From contig CM039003.1 in assembly GCA_017499595.2 (NCBI GenBank), forward strand, positions 3,224,001-3,288,000: a stretch of DNA of 64,000 nucleotides. The letters run 5' to 3'. The notes beneath the pieces are model-generated. The model was not told the origin of the DNA. It saw only the letters and a program-made list of their open reading frames with translations, and did not search any database. Below, in pieces: positions 25,405 through 38,640 of the stretch. The DNA is from Psilocybe cubensis. Lineage: Eukaryota. A program made the position numbers and the translations under genes. The number at the start of each line of letters is the position of its first letter. Positions within the stretch are counted from its first letter, which is position 1.

Positions 25405-27126
25405 ATGTCGAACCGCAGGACAAGAAAAACAATCCACGATGCCTTGAGGAACAGGCAGAGTCGCACCACCAATATCAATCATCATCAAGATGCGTCACCT
25501 GCGCCAGGGCGTAATTCTGCAGAAACCTTGGACGTAAGTTTCGATTTGGTGCTTAGAGCGATGACTGACTGAGATTATCTCTCAGCTCGACGAGCTGCGG
25601 CCCTTTGGAAACGCGTTGACCCAAAGCGAGGTGGGTTACGGCTGCCTGTATATTTTCTGCATGATTTGGCAAGATGTTAACGCGAATGGCAGGATCTGAA
25701 TATCATTTCAATCCGCAATACTAATCGCCGAAGCCACAGAAATCTCCATTTACTCCCAGACAAAGCCAATCCTAGTCCCCGACGCCAAAGAAGCGTCCAT
25801 GTGATGCCAGACAGAGCCAGGACGCCCCAAATTGCTTTGGAGCACTCCGACATCAGCCTTGTATTTTAATTTCGATTGTCTTTCATACGGCAAAACCTGA
25901 CACGGTTCTTAGCCCGATGATGCACCTATGGATAGTATCAGACCAGTAAGCATACATTGTTGTTGTCCTTAAACGATCTCACATTTTTCGCGCCACAACC
26001 AGGATGTTCTTTCTGCTGTCGTCCCCGAGATGGTTAACCATACCCGCGAACCTGACGGAAATGTAAATCATGTCCGCATCCGTGAGCTGGAGGTAGAACT
26101 AGTAAAATGTCAAGAGCAGCTAGCGAGAGCTTCGGATCGAAACAATGAATTGGAATCAACGCTGATAGAAAATCAACGCACATTACAGAATCTTTCTGAC
26201 ACAATTACTGTAGTAAGTTGTATTTGTCCTAGTTCAACATCATACCTTCCTAACATCTGGGAACATTTGAAAGCATAAGAATAATGAAGATAACTTGCAA
26301 AAGCTGAATGACTCTTTGGGTGACAAACTGTCGGAACGGGAGAAAACAAACGGCGAACTTGAGTCGGTTCGTCATTATATTTAACATATTACCGTATAAA
26401 GTTGACCAAGTTGACGGACTACCTTTGCAGAGGAACAAAGTGTTAACGAGTAGGGCAGAACTATTGACTACAAGAGTAAAGGAATTCAAGAACGAAAACA
26501 CGCGTCTTCAAAAGGTAAGGTTTCCATCTTGTCATTCAGGCAGTGTGCTACTAATATCAAGACTGCAGTCAATCGATAACATGGAGGCGAAAGTCGAAGA
26601 ACGGGAATATCTTGACATTTATATAAAGGTGTGTTTGATTCTTAAATTCCAGTTGTATCCTTACACAAGCGTTCAAACTTTAGAATCTCCGCCATTGTTA
26701 TGAGAAATGTCAATCTGACTTGAAAAAATCGCATGCAGTGAGTCATGTCGAAATATTTTATGTGCTCTCTGAATGTTTCATAGGAGTCAGCCGAGCTGCA
26801 GCGTCAAGTTGAAGCACTTCGCAAGTTATGCGATGTCGTCGTCCAAAATACGACTTGCCCAATATGCACTTGCCACATAGATATGCCGGTAATGTATGTT
26901 TTTCCAGCGAATCATTGCAATACCGAAGATAATGCTCATTACTAATATCTAAAACAGGTTGACTTGCGGTCACTTTTTTTGTTCGAGCTGCCTTGAAGCA
27001 TGGGACAATAAGAAGGGATGGAAGGGGGGCTGCCCATATTGCCGCATGGACATTAGCCGAAGGATTACTGCACTGCCAGTTTTCAACCAAATTCTGGACG
27101 CGGTTCCAGTCGAATACCGATCTTAA
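25405..27126 (+). CDS. Multi-exon coiled-coil protein with C-terminal C3HC4 RING finger (putative E3 ligase)
   Basis: Spliced last exons read TCPICTCHIDMPVMLTCGHFFCSSCLEAW..GGCPYCR; preceded by heptad-rich exons (IRELEVELVKCQEQLARASDRNNELE). Confidence 0.8.
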
Positions 27127-27254
27127 CGATTTTTATATATTGTGAAATGGATATCATGCGTGCTTCTCCTTCCCGAGAAGCTATTTCTTAATACTCCCGA
27201 TCTCTGTGACTATAAAGTAGCATCAATTTTGGTACTAGACGTTATCATACCATC

Positions 27255-30200
27255 ATGCCCCCTGCAATAGGCGATCGACTCTGCATATGTAAAGTCCACG
27301 GGTGCTACGATAATGTGGACCCAGGAACTAATCGAAGGGGGAAATTACTTAAACCCAGGGACTTCAGAGCACATCAGCGACGCCAACAAGAAGAAGACCT
27401 AAAGCAACAGCAACGCGCCTTGGATGTACAATCAAAAACTCTCGCTAAGCATGATCAAGCCATTGAAGAAGCGTTGAGTCGTCTATCACTGTCGGACCCT
27501 CAATCAATTCCATCGTTCACATCCCAATTATCTGATTCCGATTCTCGCTTCGAAACGAAAAAGAGAGTGGCAGCTCAGCTTGGTGGCCTGTTGGATGAAA
27601 CAGACGTACACAAACGAGGGATAGAAGCTCTGCAAGTTAATCCCGGACCTCTCACCGACTCTGCATTACTTGGAGGACTGGATAAGTGCTCCTCAGCATA
27701 TGGATTCATCGAAAGATCTGCGACAGTGCTGGCCACAGCCAAACATTCGGCGATCCGAAAGGATCCTTCTATCAAAACACTCATCGATAATGCGCAAATG
27801 CAGCTCGGCCTACTTCAGCATGATCTCAAGCGAATCGAAACTCTCTATAGGAAGGAGTTTGGGAAACGCGAAACAGTTGCCGCCTCGACTCCTATGTACA
27901 ATTCAGGTAACCGAAAGTTCATTCGATATGGTTCTAGGCTAATATTTATGGAAAAGGACGACATTTTAAGCCCATCCTGGAATCCGCAACTACCATCTTG
28001 CAGTTGGTTGCATTCATGGTCGTGTCGGTCCAAGTTATTTTTGGCGTTCCTCGACGGGGTTGCCATTGGATTTTTCAAATTTCCGAATTTATCATTGAAC
28101 AAACAGCCTTCAGTGCCTTGGGCTCTTCCAGTCACTCTACCCTTCCGAACAAAATCAAACTTCTCCTCTCCAAATTCCCTCGCGACGTTCGTACGGCGAC
28201 GAGCTACTTCAATATCGATGCGGAAAGCACTGTTTATGCAGCATGCCCCAAGTGTCACGAAATTTATCCGCCAAAATTGGAGTCTGGCGTTCCCATATAC
28301 CCAGAGAAGTGTCGTGCACGTAGAAGGCCTCACAAGCAAGGTGGCCCTGTCAGGTCCTGCAGAGAATTGCTAGTTCGCCCAAAACAGTTTGGGAAAGCCA
28401 CCATTAACGCTCCAATAAAGCCATACATTGCCTTCAGCTTCCATGACTGGATGGCCAATCTCTTATCACGCCGCAATTATGAGAAGACGATGGATTCAGC
28501 ATGGGATAGAATGCAAGAAAACGAAGGCGATATCGAGGATATTTTCCAGGCGACATGCATCAAAAACTTCAAAGGACACGACAAAAGGACGCATTTCGGC
28601 AAAATCGGCGACAAGGACTCCGGGAGATACTTATTTTCTCTTGGATTCGATTTCTTCAACCCTCTGAGGAACTTGGCAGCTGGGAAAAAGGTGTCAATTG
28701 GCGTCATCGCGCTGATATGTCTCAATCTTCCTATCGATATCCGCTACAAACCTGAGAATATATTCCTAGCGGGTATTATCCCTGGCCCTTCTGAGCCAAG
28801 TCTGGACGCCCTTAACCCGTACTTGCGGCCTTTGGTCGACGCACTACTGCTATTCTGGGATGGAGTTCGCTTTTCAAAGACGGCTCTTTACGAGCTTGGG
28901 CGATGTATATATTGCGCTATCATTGCTATTATCGCCGATCTTCCTGCTGCTCGAAAAATCGGAGGTTTTTCCTCACATAGTCACGAATTCTTCTGTTCAG
29001 TTTGTACTTGCAGCAAAACCAAGAACACTTACAACGACATCGACTATACGACCTGGACATGGCGCACCAACGAGTCCTGTAGAAATCGTTCGGAAAAATA
29101 TCGCAATGCACAAACTCAGGACCTGGCGGATAGATCCTTTGACTTGTCAGGACTTCGCTCCTCGGAGTTGCTTCGTTTGCCGTACTACGACGCAACCAAG
29201 CATCTTCCCATAGATCCAATGCACAACCTATTTTTGGGTTTGGTAAAGGAACACTTCCAAAATATCTTGGGATGCAAGAAGATTCCGATGGGTGGTCTTC
29301 CCGAATCTGCGGCCCATGCAGGCCGTCTATTTGCTCACGATGCCAATAATTTGGACCCCGATCGCTTCAACGTCCAGCAAAAAGCGAGCATCAGACGCTT
29401 GGAAGGATGGCTTAAGGAGCCCTTTCTCCATGGATCGGACCTACAGTCAACGATTGACAAACATGCCAAACATTGGGCTGGGAAGGGATGCCACCTGGTC
29501 TCCTTGATCTACATTGGCAGAGGACTTGGATGCATCCCGAGCACTGTTACCGAGAACGGGAGGGATTCCCGTGATCCTGATAAGAGGTATCACAAGCCGG
29601 AGCTGGCAAAACTAATAGTGGAATGGGTTCGTTGCACGCCTTTTCTCAAGATCATAAATCTGATCAATTTTACCGTTGTCTTCGCTTTTTCCTTAGCGAT
29701 CAAGACAGCCAATAGTACTACCGGCCTCCGTCACCTCTCCTGGACTAGCCGGCAGGCAGGGATATATATTGACCTCGCAGGAAATGGACGAATTGCGACG
29801 AGATATCAGCGCGATAGTGCAACCATCATGGGCAACCACTATTCCTATATCAATCTCTTCCTCTGGACCGAAGTTAAAGTCGGATCAATGGCGAGCGGCG
29901 GGATCTGTTTACCTCCCAATTACTCTCATACGCTTATGGTCCTCAGATGGGACAGACACTACCAGCCAGGAACGTCGAGATCTCCTCAACATGACGATGG
30001 AGTTATTCCAAGCCGTCTCCGTCATCACTTCGCGGACAACCTCTGCTGCACATGAAAGGTTGTATCTTGGGCATATGCTCACGTACCGTCAAAATTTGGC
30101 ACGTTTATTTCCTGACTACAATTGCCATCCCAATCACCACATGGCAATGCATCTTGGGGAATTCCTTGCGGCGTATGGGCCTGTTCATGGATGGTGGACG

Positions 30201-31004
30201 TTCCCTTTCGAGCGTATGATTGGGACACTGCAACAAATACATACTAATTACCATCCTGGTAAGCCGTCAATCATAGAACTCTCATGCTCTACCTAACAAT
30301 ACGTGATAGGCGAGTATGAGGCTACGATTGGAGAATCGTGGCATAGAAGAAGCAATCTTAGGGCACTGTTTTCCAAGGTCACCTGCCCTCCTATCATTGC
30401 CAAGTGCGCTTCAATGTTCGAGAGCATCGTCCAACCTCAGAATCAAAATTTCCTTGCAAACTACGCTACGGACAAGGTGCAGGCGGTTGGAACCGACGAT
30501 CAAGATACAGATATCATCCTTGACAATAACCTGTATCGCGACAGACTGGAGGTTGAACTTCCCGACAACATTCTCAATGCATTTACAAACTTCTTCCAAG
30601 GCAGCGCTGAGCTGGTATCTACTCGTCATATTCGTGCAAACTTAATAAATCGATATACATCGGGCCGCATTTCATACACCAGTTCTTCCATCCATGAAGG
30701 AAACAGTCAGATTCTGACACCCTCGGGTCCGTATTGCATCCAGAACATTGTAGTGTTCCGCAAGCCACTTCTATACGACGATGTCTGGCTTGTCGCAAAA
30801 CCATTTCGCGCTGCAAAAATCAAGGTCGACCCCTATATGCGGTATCAACATCTTAGAGCAAAAATATGGAGCAACGAATTGGAGGAATTCATTGAGGTCA
30901 TTCCCTTGTCTATGGTTGATACTCATTTTTCCAAGTGCGTCATTCAATGGGAAGGGAAAGAAGTTGCCGTTTGTGTAAGTTTATCTCGAGTTGTATCCGT
31001 TTAA
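27255..31004 (+). CDS. CACTA/EnSpm Tnp2 (Transposase_21-like) DDE transposase, apparently intact
   Basis: Motifs FDFFNP, CLNLPIDIRYKPENIFLAGIIPGP, DLPAARK, FCSVC, IDPMHNLFLG, HHMAMHL, GPVHGWWTFPFERMIG. Three GT-AG introns join the four ORFs in frame. Confidence 0.93.
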
Positions 31005-31304
31005 TAGATTTGTATGTACGATTACGATTTTACGACCTTTACGTGAGATCAGATCTACCCATAACTTACACTGCAACAGCTCGCTTTAATTCACTCACTG
31101 GTCGCGTAGGAGGCGCGTCAGACTCGCATTTGAGTAACGGCCAGTTCCGTGGGGTACTGACCCGCTTAAACGGCCCGAATCGTTTACCTCTTTGTTTCTA
31201 ATGAATCGTGTTATTTAGGCCTTTGTTCTTTATGTTAAAAGCCTCAAAGACGCTTAAAAGGACCAACGCGAAGTCAACCTCCAACTCATTCCACCCCTAC
31301 CACC

Positions 31305-31802
31305 ATGCTTTCTCCCATGCTATTTCTCATAGTCAAGCTATACGACACTTTTATCTTTTTGATATCTGTCCTCGTTACTTTATTCTTGGTTCAACTTGTT
31401 CACGAGGAATATCATAAATGGTTCGACTATTCACCGGATTCCTCTCCAACCTTGCGTTCTGCACAACATGTCCAACGTCGATCCACAATCTCGAGGCACC
31501 TATCTATCCCTACCTTCCACATCCACCTCCGTATTGCTGTTCAGCCGGCAACAAGGAATATTTTAGAGGCACGGGACACTGTTATCTGGTCGCAGAATGA
31601 GCTGAATATCATGGGGGTGCGTACGTTGATTAAATGTGTATTATCATCTCTGAATCCTAGCTTATAGAGGGTTCATGGAGTTCGAAACCCCTATCGATAT
31701 ATCTTTGTTCACCGATCTGTCAGCGGCCGAATTATATATCTCTTTACCGGCGTCGACCCGAACAGCCCTTCTCCCCAGACCTCGGGCTCACATTACCTTG
31801 AA
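31305..31802 (+). CDS. Small membrane protein, paralog B
   Basis: Hydrophobic N-terminus; NILEARDTVIWSQNELNIMG, intron, then SWSSKPLSI..YISLYRRRP; matches paralog A. Confidence 0.55.
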
Positions 31803-32955
31803 ATTGAATTAAATCGCTAGGCAAGAGTCCAGCGGGTTCGTATTTCATAACTAATTATTCACTGATTTATTCTGACTACTGTGCCTTTGTAGTGCAGAAT
31901 GTGCAGAACGTTTACTCGATCCAGTGTAGCAGAAGCATCGTTCTGTTATTCGTTCATCTTCACGCCCATCCTCCACTCATGGTCTCTTTTAATATCTCTC
32001 CTTCTTGTTCTTTTGGTTCTCTTTATCTCGATTCTTAGAACCTCGATAATTTTTTTTTCGTATAATTCATGTTAACGCCAGTGATTTTAAGTTTTAATGC
32101 CATTTCCTATGCAAAACATACTAGTACGCAAATACTTGAGATTCATTCCCAAGTCGGTTTCATTGTTTATACCTGCAAGAGCATATTGAAACGATGAGCG
32201 CGCGATGATCATAGAAGGGACGATTTTCATGCCGCTCAAGCCGAGAAAGAGCGTGCAAATATGGATCAAAGACGGCAGCAAAAACACACCGGAAAGACAC
32301 TATGCCGTATTGAAAAACCGACGGCATGAAAATCCTTGTCACTTATCAAGTGCACTGAAGTGACTGTGACAACTTTCCGCTCTTAGCATGAACCCACACT
32401 CAGGCACGATGGTATCACCTAGGATGAAGTACGATACGTAGTGTAGAATGATTAATACAACACACCTTGCGCAGTATTATAGGACATTTGAACCTTTTAG
32501 AATGTAGTTAATGTCCAACAAATGAGTATATGAAGTAGAGCGCTCCCTTGTATTGTCAGCGTGTAGCATACGCTTTGGAGTTGGAAAACATGAAGAGTAC
32601 TACTGCACGAAAGTCAAGTGAGTGTAATTTTCCAAGCAGAAGCATTTTCCGTTTTAACCTATAGCTACGATAACCCAGCTACGACACCCCGAAGCAAAAG
32701 TTGGGGATGACAGGCCAGCAGTCTCTCAGAGACTGCTGGCCTGTGTTTCGTGTTTCGACAGCCGACCCTGTCTCCCTGTATCTCAACCTCTGCAAGCTGA
32801 GTAGCACTAGGCCACTTTGGTAAGCAATTTGTCTTTGGAAGCATTTCACTCTCAGGCTTATTAGAATGTTAGTGGCTCGATGTGTTGTCCAGCATGTCGA
32901 CTCTTCGACCGCCAAAGGTTTACAATTGTGGTAGGAACTCTCTGGGGAGAAGAAC

Positions 32956-33330
32956 ATGGATGACGTCGACGTGTCGCGAATCATGCACGAGGAGGCGAGG
33001 ATTGAAATTGCTCCTCCCATGCACCCCGGAGCAGCTCCTCTTTTCCCTCCCATCTACCACCAGGAACAGCTCAGACAGCTGGAGCAGCTCTACTTCTTCA
33101 GCAGGCGAGCAGCGTACTGTTTCATCCGTCCCTTTCACGAGTGTAAGCAAATAATTTTTGTTCTGATCACTACACATCAATTAACACCTAGTAACACAGT
33201 TTCCGGATATTGCTACCCACAGCCCAGTCCCATGGGCAGGTGAATCTGCGGTCGAAGGGCGAGGTCGTGTTCGAAGCCGCCTCGAACTACCTTAAGACAA
33301 CCATTGACGGGATGGACACGGGATGAGTGT
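32956..33330 (+). pseudogene. Hypothetical spliced gene or relic overlapping the right arm of the inner inverted repeat
   Basis: ORF 32956 with a GTAAGC donor near 33142; 33124-33268 has an inverted counterpart at ~9290-9410. Confidence 0.35.
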
Positions 33331-34260
33331 GTTACGGAACACATCGTCGACTCGACAGCTCGCGATGGTTCTGGGAGTGATAAGGTGGGTGTACAGAACA
33401 CTTCAACACTGGCATAGCATGGTCAAGTCCTTCTCTCCAATCAGAATTCAAGCGATTTATCATTGAGGCCAGCTTCGTTCGTGTTGTGGCCATACAAAAG
33501 TCGTACGAACATAACGACGAAATAACGATGCTGCCTCATTACGAGTATTGACCTTTTCTTGATGGCGATTCCAATGTACTAATTCTTCCTGGGTTCATGA
33601 CAGAAGCCAACGACGCTGGTGTTTTCAACCTATACACCGACACTATCTGCGCGCGCCCTGAAATTCCATATTACCGTGTAACACACACCTCGCACCATTG
33701 GTACCCGACAAAGAATCTACCTGAACATCCTCCAAGAAGTAAATAAGTTCAAAAGATCGAGACGAAGAGACGAAGATCGACACTTCTGATGACATGGAGG
33801 AACATGAAGGTCCCCAGTTTGACCTATCATCTATGGAATTCTGCTAGCATATCTCTCAGGTCTCAAGATAAGTCGTACTTCACACGTTCATCTGCGGTAC
33901 TGGGTTGTGACAAGACTAAGGGACAACTCTACAGGACCCAAGACCTACAGACGTCCATTCTCTGGCCTCGTTCGTATCTGGGCTGGCACGATCCACGCGC
34001 TGGGTGCTCCTGGTCTTCCGGGCCGGCTGGATCCGAACACGCTCATAACACGCTCAGCGTGCGCCGAACAGGAGACTTGTACCCTGATGCGCTCATCTGT
34101 ATTATCCGGCCTTATCCAGCGGGACTTTCACATATCCTACGTAGCCGCATTGGGACTGTTGCCTGAACGCCATTTCCAACACTGTCTGCACCGGTGAGCT
34201 GAAACACTATACTCGACGCTTGATGTCCCAGGAGACGCGCGAGTAGAAGAATGAAGAAGT

Positions 34261-34460
34261 CAGGTAGCCCTACCTACTACAATACACGTCCAAGCCACGC
34301 GACGAGCTGCTACCTCTTCTTCCGGCGTATGGGGTACAAGGTTGATCTCAACAACCACGTCAGGTAGCCCTACCTACTACAATACACGTCCAAGCCACGC
34401 GACGAGCTGCTACCTCTTCTTCCGGCGTATGGGGTACAAGGCTGATCTCAACAACCACGT
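34261..34460 (+). repeat. 100-bp near-perfect tandem duplication
   Basis: 34261-34360 matches 34361-34460 with one mismatch noted. Confidence 0.95.
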
Positions 34461-35304
34461 CGTGGCGCACATCCACAACCTCCCTCGCAACGCTCAAGGG
34501 GGATTTCACAGACACCATCGTCGGTGTATGCGAGGTGCGTGGTCTTTCCTGTTCGATATCATTAACACCATTGCTCATTTATGACTTGTTGGCTTCGCCT
34601 TTGCACTCGCACTTTCTTTTTTGATAGATGAGAGGTAGAATATCAAGACTGTCGACGCTGTGCAAGTGCTTCCCTGCGGTGGTTCGCCGGTGCGACGTCG
34701 AGAGGTTCTTGAATATCGGAAGATTGTACCCTGAAATTGATCCCCCGGAGAAACGCATCGATATGCACATTGACTTGTTAAGGCGCGGTGAGTTTAGGGA
34801 TATGGAGTGTGTTAATGACATCGTCAAGTATGTTTAAGATGTCATCACCATATGAACCTCATTACTGATCATTGAATTTCATTTCTTTATTTAGGATAGA
34901 AGCGCAATCTGATCAGCTTGCAGAGACGTACTTTGATGGATTCGATACTGACCTTGCGCGCAAGTTGGTATATGTGACCGCGTTTGACCACAACTTGGAC
35001 AGACGGTTTTGACTGTTAATGTCGAAGCTAAATGGACGGTGTCGTCGTTCAGCGACGAGATACAAGGTCTCGCGCGGACAATACGTACGAAAGACCAAAT
35101 GATCCAGTAGTCGACAGTAAAGATCGAGCTGATGGAGCGGTGGCTGGAGCGGTGAAGAAGCAGGCGGACAATTGGCCAGTCGAGGAAGCAGGAGCTAGCG
35201 TATGAGGAGGCGATGGCGATGGAGCAGTTACAGGCGGACTTTGACACGCTGGAGCAGGATAATGCCAAGTTAAAGACGATGGCGGCTGGGCAGGAGAGGA
35301 AATG
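34261..35304 (+). pseudogene. DCTN1: Captured, internally deleted fragments of dynactin p150Glued
   Basis: CYLFFRRMGYKADL..HNLP; RCDVERFLNIGRLYPEIDPPEKRIDMHIDLLRRGEFRDMECVNDIVK; MEQLQADFDTLEQDNAKLK. Introns retained; frameshifts. Confidence 0.75.
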
Positions 35305-36204
35305 TGAGTGTTTGGAATGATTGTATGCGCGTTTTATTGATAAAGAAATTTTAGCTGTTAGGTGTGCCTGTTGAGGGTGGTTCGTATGTTCCGTATATCG
35401 TGATATAACAGTCACCGGACACTCCCTGCGCATCGTTCGTGTCTGGATGACTTCCTGTGCACGCTGACTGCGCCTCGTACACTCCATCGCGCAGGTCTGC
35501 AACTGCCCGCCTATACACAATAACTGTGCCCCCCGTATACCCCTGCCTCCGCCGTCGATCCGCTGACTGTTTTGGTGTTGTGCATAACATCCTGAGGGTG
35601 TGAGACGGGCGTCACAGCTTACGGTGCCGCAGGATGCATAGAAGGAGGCAAGAGAGCCAGCATATTGTCTGTAGATATTGTGAATGTTTGGTGGGATGTG
35701 CAACCCGATGGGTCACTCACCATCTGGTTTCCATCGTACATAGCTTCCTACGACGCGACGCACGCGACTCGTAGAGTGCCGGAAGCACGCAGTTCACCGC
35801 GCGCTCGGTGTCTCCCATCTCGCCTGACCTCTCCTTCGGTAATGGTGCGCTGAGGAATTTCAACTCTTTGTCTCCTTATGCGGCGCATAGTCTGGAAAGT
35901 CGTTTCTCCTTGAACAGGCGCGTTTTTTTTGTGTGTGTTAGTTTTGCAGCGCTGACATATGCGTATAGATCGAGGCCAGACTCGGAGGAGCTCCCACCGG
36001 CACCGACGGTGCTATCGCTATCCACGGTGATGAAGCGTATGTACCGGGACCCGATGATGTACTCGTCTGCGCCGAGGGTGGTGGACCTGTTTGCTCTGAA
36101 TGCGAAGCGGGCGGCGTAAAATGGAGTCCGAAACGGACGACGACGACGACGACGCTGCAACCATCATAAACTCGCTCAAGACTCTCACATTCGGTGTCTC
36201 CCGC

Positions 36205-36392
36205 GGGACAGGAAATCATCCAACACTGCTTCCACCGACAATTATTTTCCGTCTTCATCCCCGCCCTCGAAGACCCTGAGCCGCGGGTTCACGCTCACAC
36301 AGCATCGGCGCTCATCAATTTCTGCAAAGGCGTCGAGCGCGATATGCCCCTGCCCTATTTGGACCCGATTGTCGAGTGGCTTCTGAAGTTGT
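36205..36392 (+). pseudogene. Captured single-exon fragment of importin-5/Pse1(Kap121)-like karyopherin
   Basis: EIIQHCFHRQLFSVFIPALEDPEPRVHAHTASALINFCKGVERDMPLPYLDPIVEWLLKL resembles the HEAT repeat PRVxxHAAxALxNFxE. Confidence 0.75.
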
Positions 36393-36565
36393 CGAAGCAC
36401 TTCAAGTTCGACTTAGGGGTTGTCGAAGCACTTCAAGTTCGACTTAGGGGTACTACTTACCAAGATACCGAAGATAAGATTAGATAAATTGGTGCATGCA
36501 CGTGACGACACCGTACCAAGTCCACCACGGAGCCCCCAGCCACTTCTGCTATTGGCAGCGACTGG

Positions 36566-38640
36566 GTGCAGTTCTCAGCCTCAGGTTTCCTCGACTCAAC
36601 GCCTGCAATGGCCCCGCTCGTGTCGACGCTATTCGACACGGATATGGAGAAGACTACTCCAGTCACCACGACGCTTTCGAGGAAGTCGAGCAAGCGCAGC
36701 AAAGCCGTTTCGAGGAAGACCGTCGACTTTTCGGCTGAACCTGTACCACCCGTCTCACCCCCGCGGCTTGCAGACCCTGTCAAGAAGGAGACGACTGCCA
36801 TTGTCCGCGCTACCAAGCTCGAAGTCATCGAGCTTGACGAAGCGTTCATCGATTTCTGGAGCGACTCGCTGCTCGATCCTATCACAGCGACATGGCCGAC
36901 CTTTATCATCTGCAAGTTTAAATCCACAGTTGTTCCTCAACTTCTGTACGGCCCCGTTCAAGAGGGCGGCAAGCAGAAGACGCTCAAATGGCTTGTTCTC
37001 GAGCAGGCGTTCACTGTGCGGCCCGCGCCACCACCATCGCTGTCAGCTGTCCCTCGTCCGGAATCGGCGCGCCCGGTCTCCCCTGCGCTCTCGACGTCGG
37101 GCAGGAACCGCTTCAGCTTCTGGAGTATGTCGCGCACTGCATCGAGCTCGTCGCAGTCGTCGCAGAAGGGCAAGAAGAAGGAAAGAGCGCTGAATGTTGG
37201 CGAGATGGGAGAGATTATCGAGGAGCCCGCCGAGCAGGCTAAGCAGGAGGTTGTGCAGCTGAAGGCGGCGCCGTCCAAGTCCAAGTCATCCAAGGCGGAG
37301 AAGGCGCAGATGCCTATCGAGAAACCTGTCGAGGCCGTGAAGCAGCTTGCTGATACATCCGACACGCCAGACCTCGAGACGGCTGCTATTGTGACTGGAG
37401 CCGCAATTACAGACGCAATCGCTGGAGCTGCTGCTGCTGCCCCTGCCGCTAAGATTCCAGAGCCAGCTGTCGAAATTCAGGCAGAGGCACCAGCGCCAGC
37501 TGTTGAGGAGCCTGCCACCGTCAGCGAGACTCCTGCTGCTGTTGTTGCAGAATCCGTAGCACCAGCTGCAGAAGTCTCTCCTCCTGTCACTGAGGCTCTT
37601 GTTATCTCTGAACCCGAAGTTTTGCAACGGAAGTCGAGGCCCCTGTTCTTGATGCACCCGTTGAAGCTGAACGTGAAGCTGCAGTTGAAGAGATCCAAGT
37701 CCAAGCACCCGTCTCCGAACCGCAGCCTTCAACGGATGCGCCCTCAGTTGTCGAGGCCCAGGAAACCGCTGTGGAACCATAAATAACTTCTATCGAACCT
37801 CGTGCCCCCGTTGTCGAAGCAGTGGTTACATAGGATGCATCGACTGACGATGACGCAGCTCCTGTTGAAGCTTCAGTCTCGGAATCTCAAGTCGCAGTAC
37901 CTGAAGCTCCGTCGGCGTCGTTTGTTGCTGAAGTGGACGAATCTGCACCGGAACCCAAAGCTCCAACAGCTGAAGCTATTGCTCCTGCTGTAGACGCCCG
38001 AAGCTCGAGATGAACCCGCTGTCGTTGAGCCCGAACCACCAGTCGTCACAAGCGTGGAAACAGAAGCAAAGATCCAGTGCTCAAACAAGTCTCTGAAGAG
38101 CGTGCAAGTGCAATCGTCGCGGAAGCTCAAGAGCCAGTCGTTGAGTCTGTGCCGCCGCTTGCTACTGCGGCCAAAGAACCTCTCGTCGCAGCTCCTGCCG
38201 AGGTTGCAGAGGTTTTGGTTGAGTCAAATCGCCCGCCGCTGTTGACGACATACCGTCTACAACAACGAAAACCGCCGCCGTCGCCGACGAAGTCTCAACT
38301 TCGAATGTCGAAAAATCTGCGCCTGTTCTGGCAGCAGATCTTACCGAGGCACCAACTTCGATTACCGAAACTCCCTCAGTTGATGTTGACGCCGCGCAGG
38401 AGAGCATTGAGGAAGAACCACGGGTTATGGACAACCCCAGTCGCCGAAGTTTCGGGTGCTTCTCAACCTGAAAACCTGTCCCAGGTTCTAGTTTCTGATG
38501 TTCCAGTTGCAGTTGAATTACAACCCTTCAAAGCGGATTACCAGGCTCCTATCGTCGAGGCTCCAGCCGCGGAACCTCAGGTACAACTTTCAACGGGTCA
38601 ACGATACCCTCGCGCGCCATGTCGACGTACTCGGTTGTAG
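36566..38640 (+). pseudogene. Captured 3' fragment of a host gene with DEAFIDFWSDSLLDP motif and Ala/Glu/Pro/Val-rich tail (possibly Msb1/Mug8-related)
   Basis: 406-aa ORF with host-like codon usage, no 5' portion, and several frameshifts in the low-complexity tail. Confidence 0.5.
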
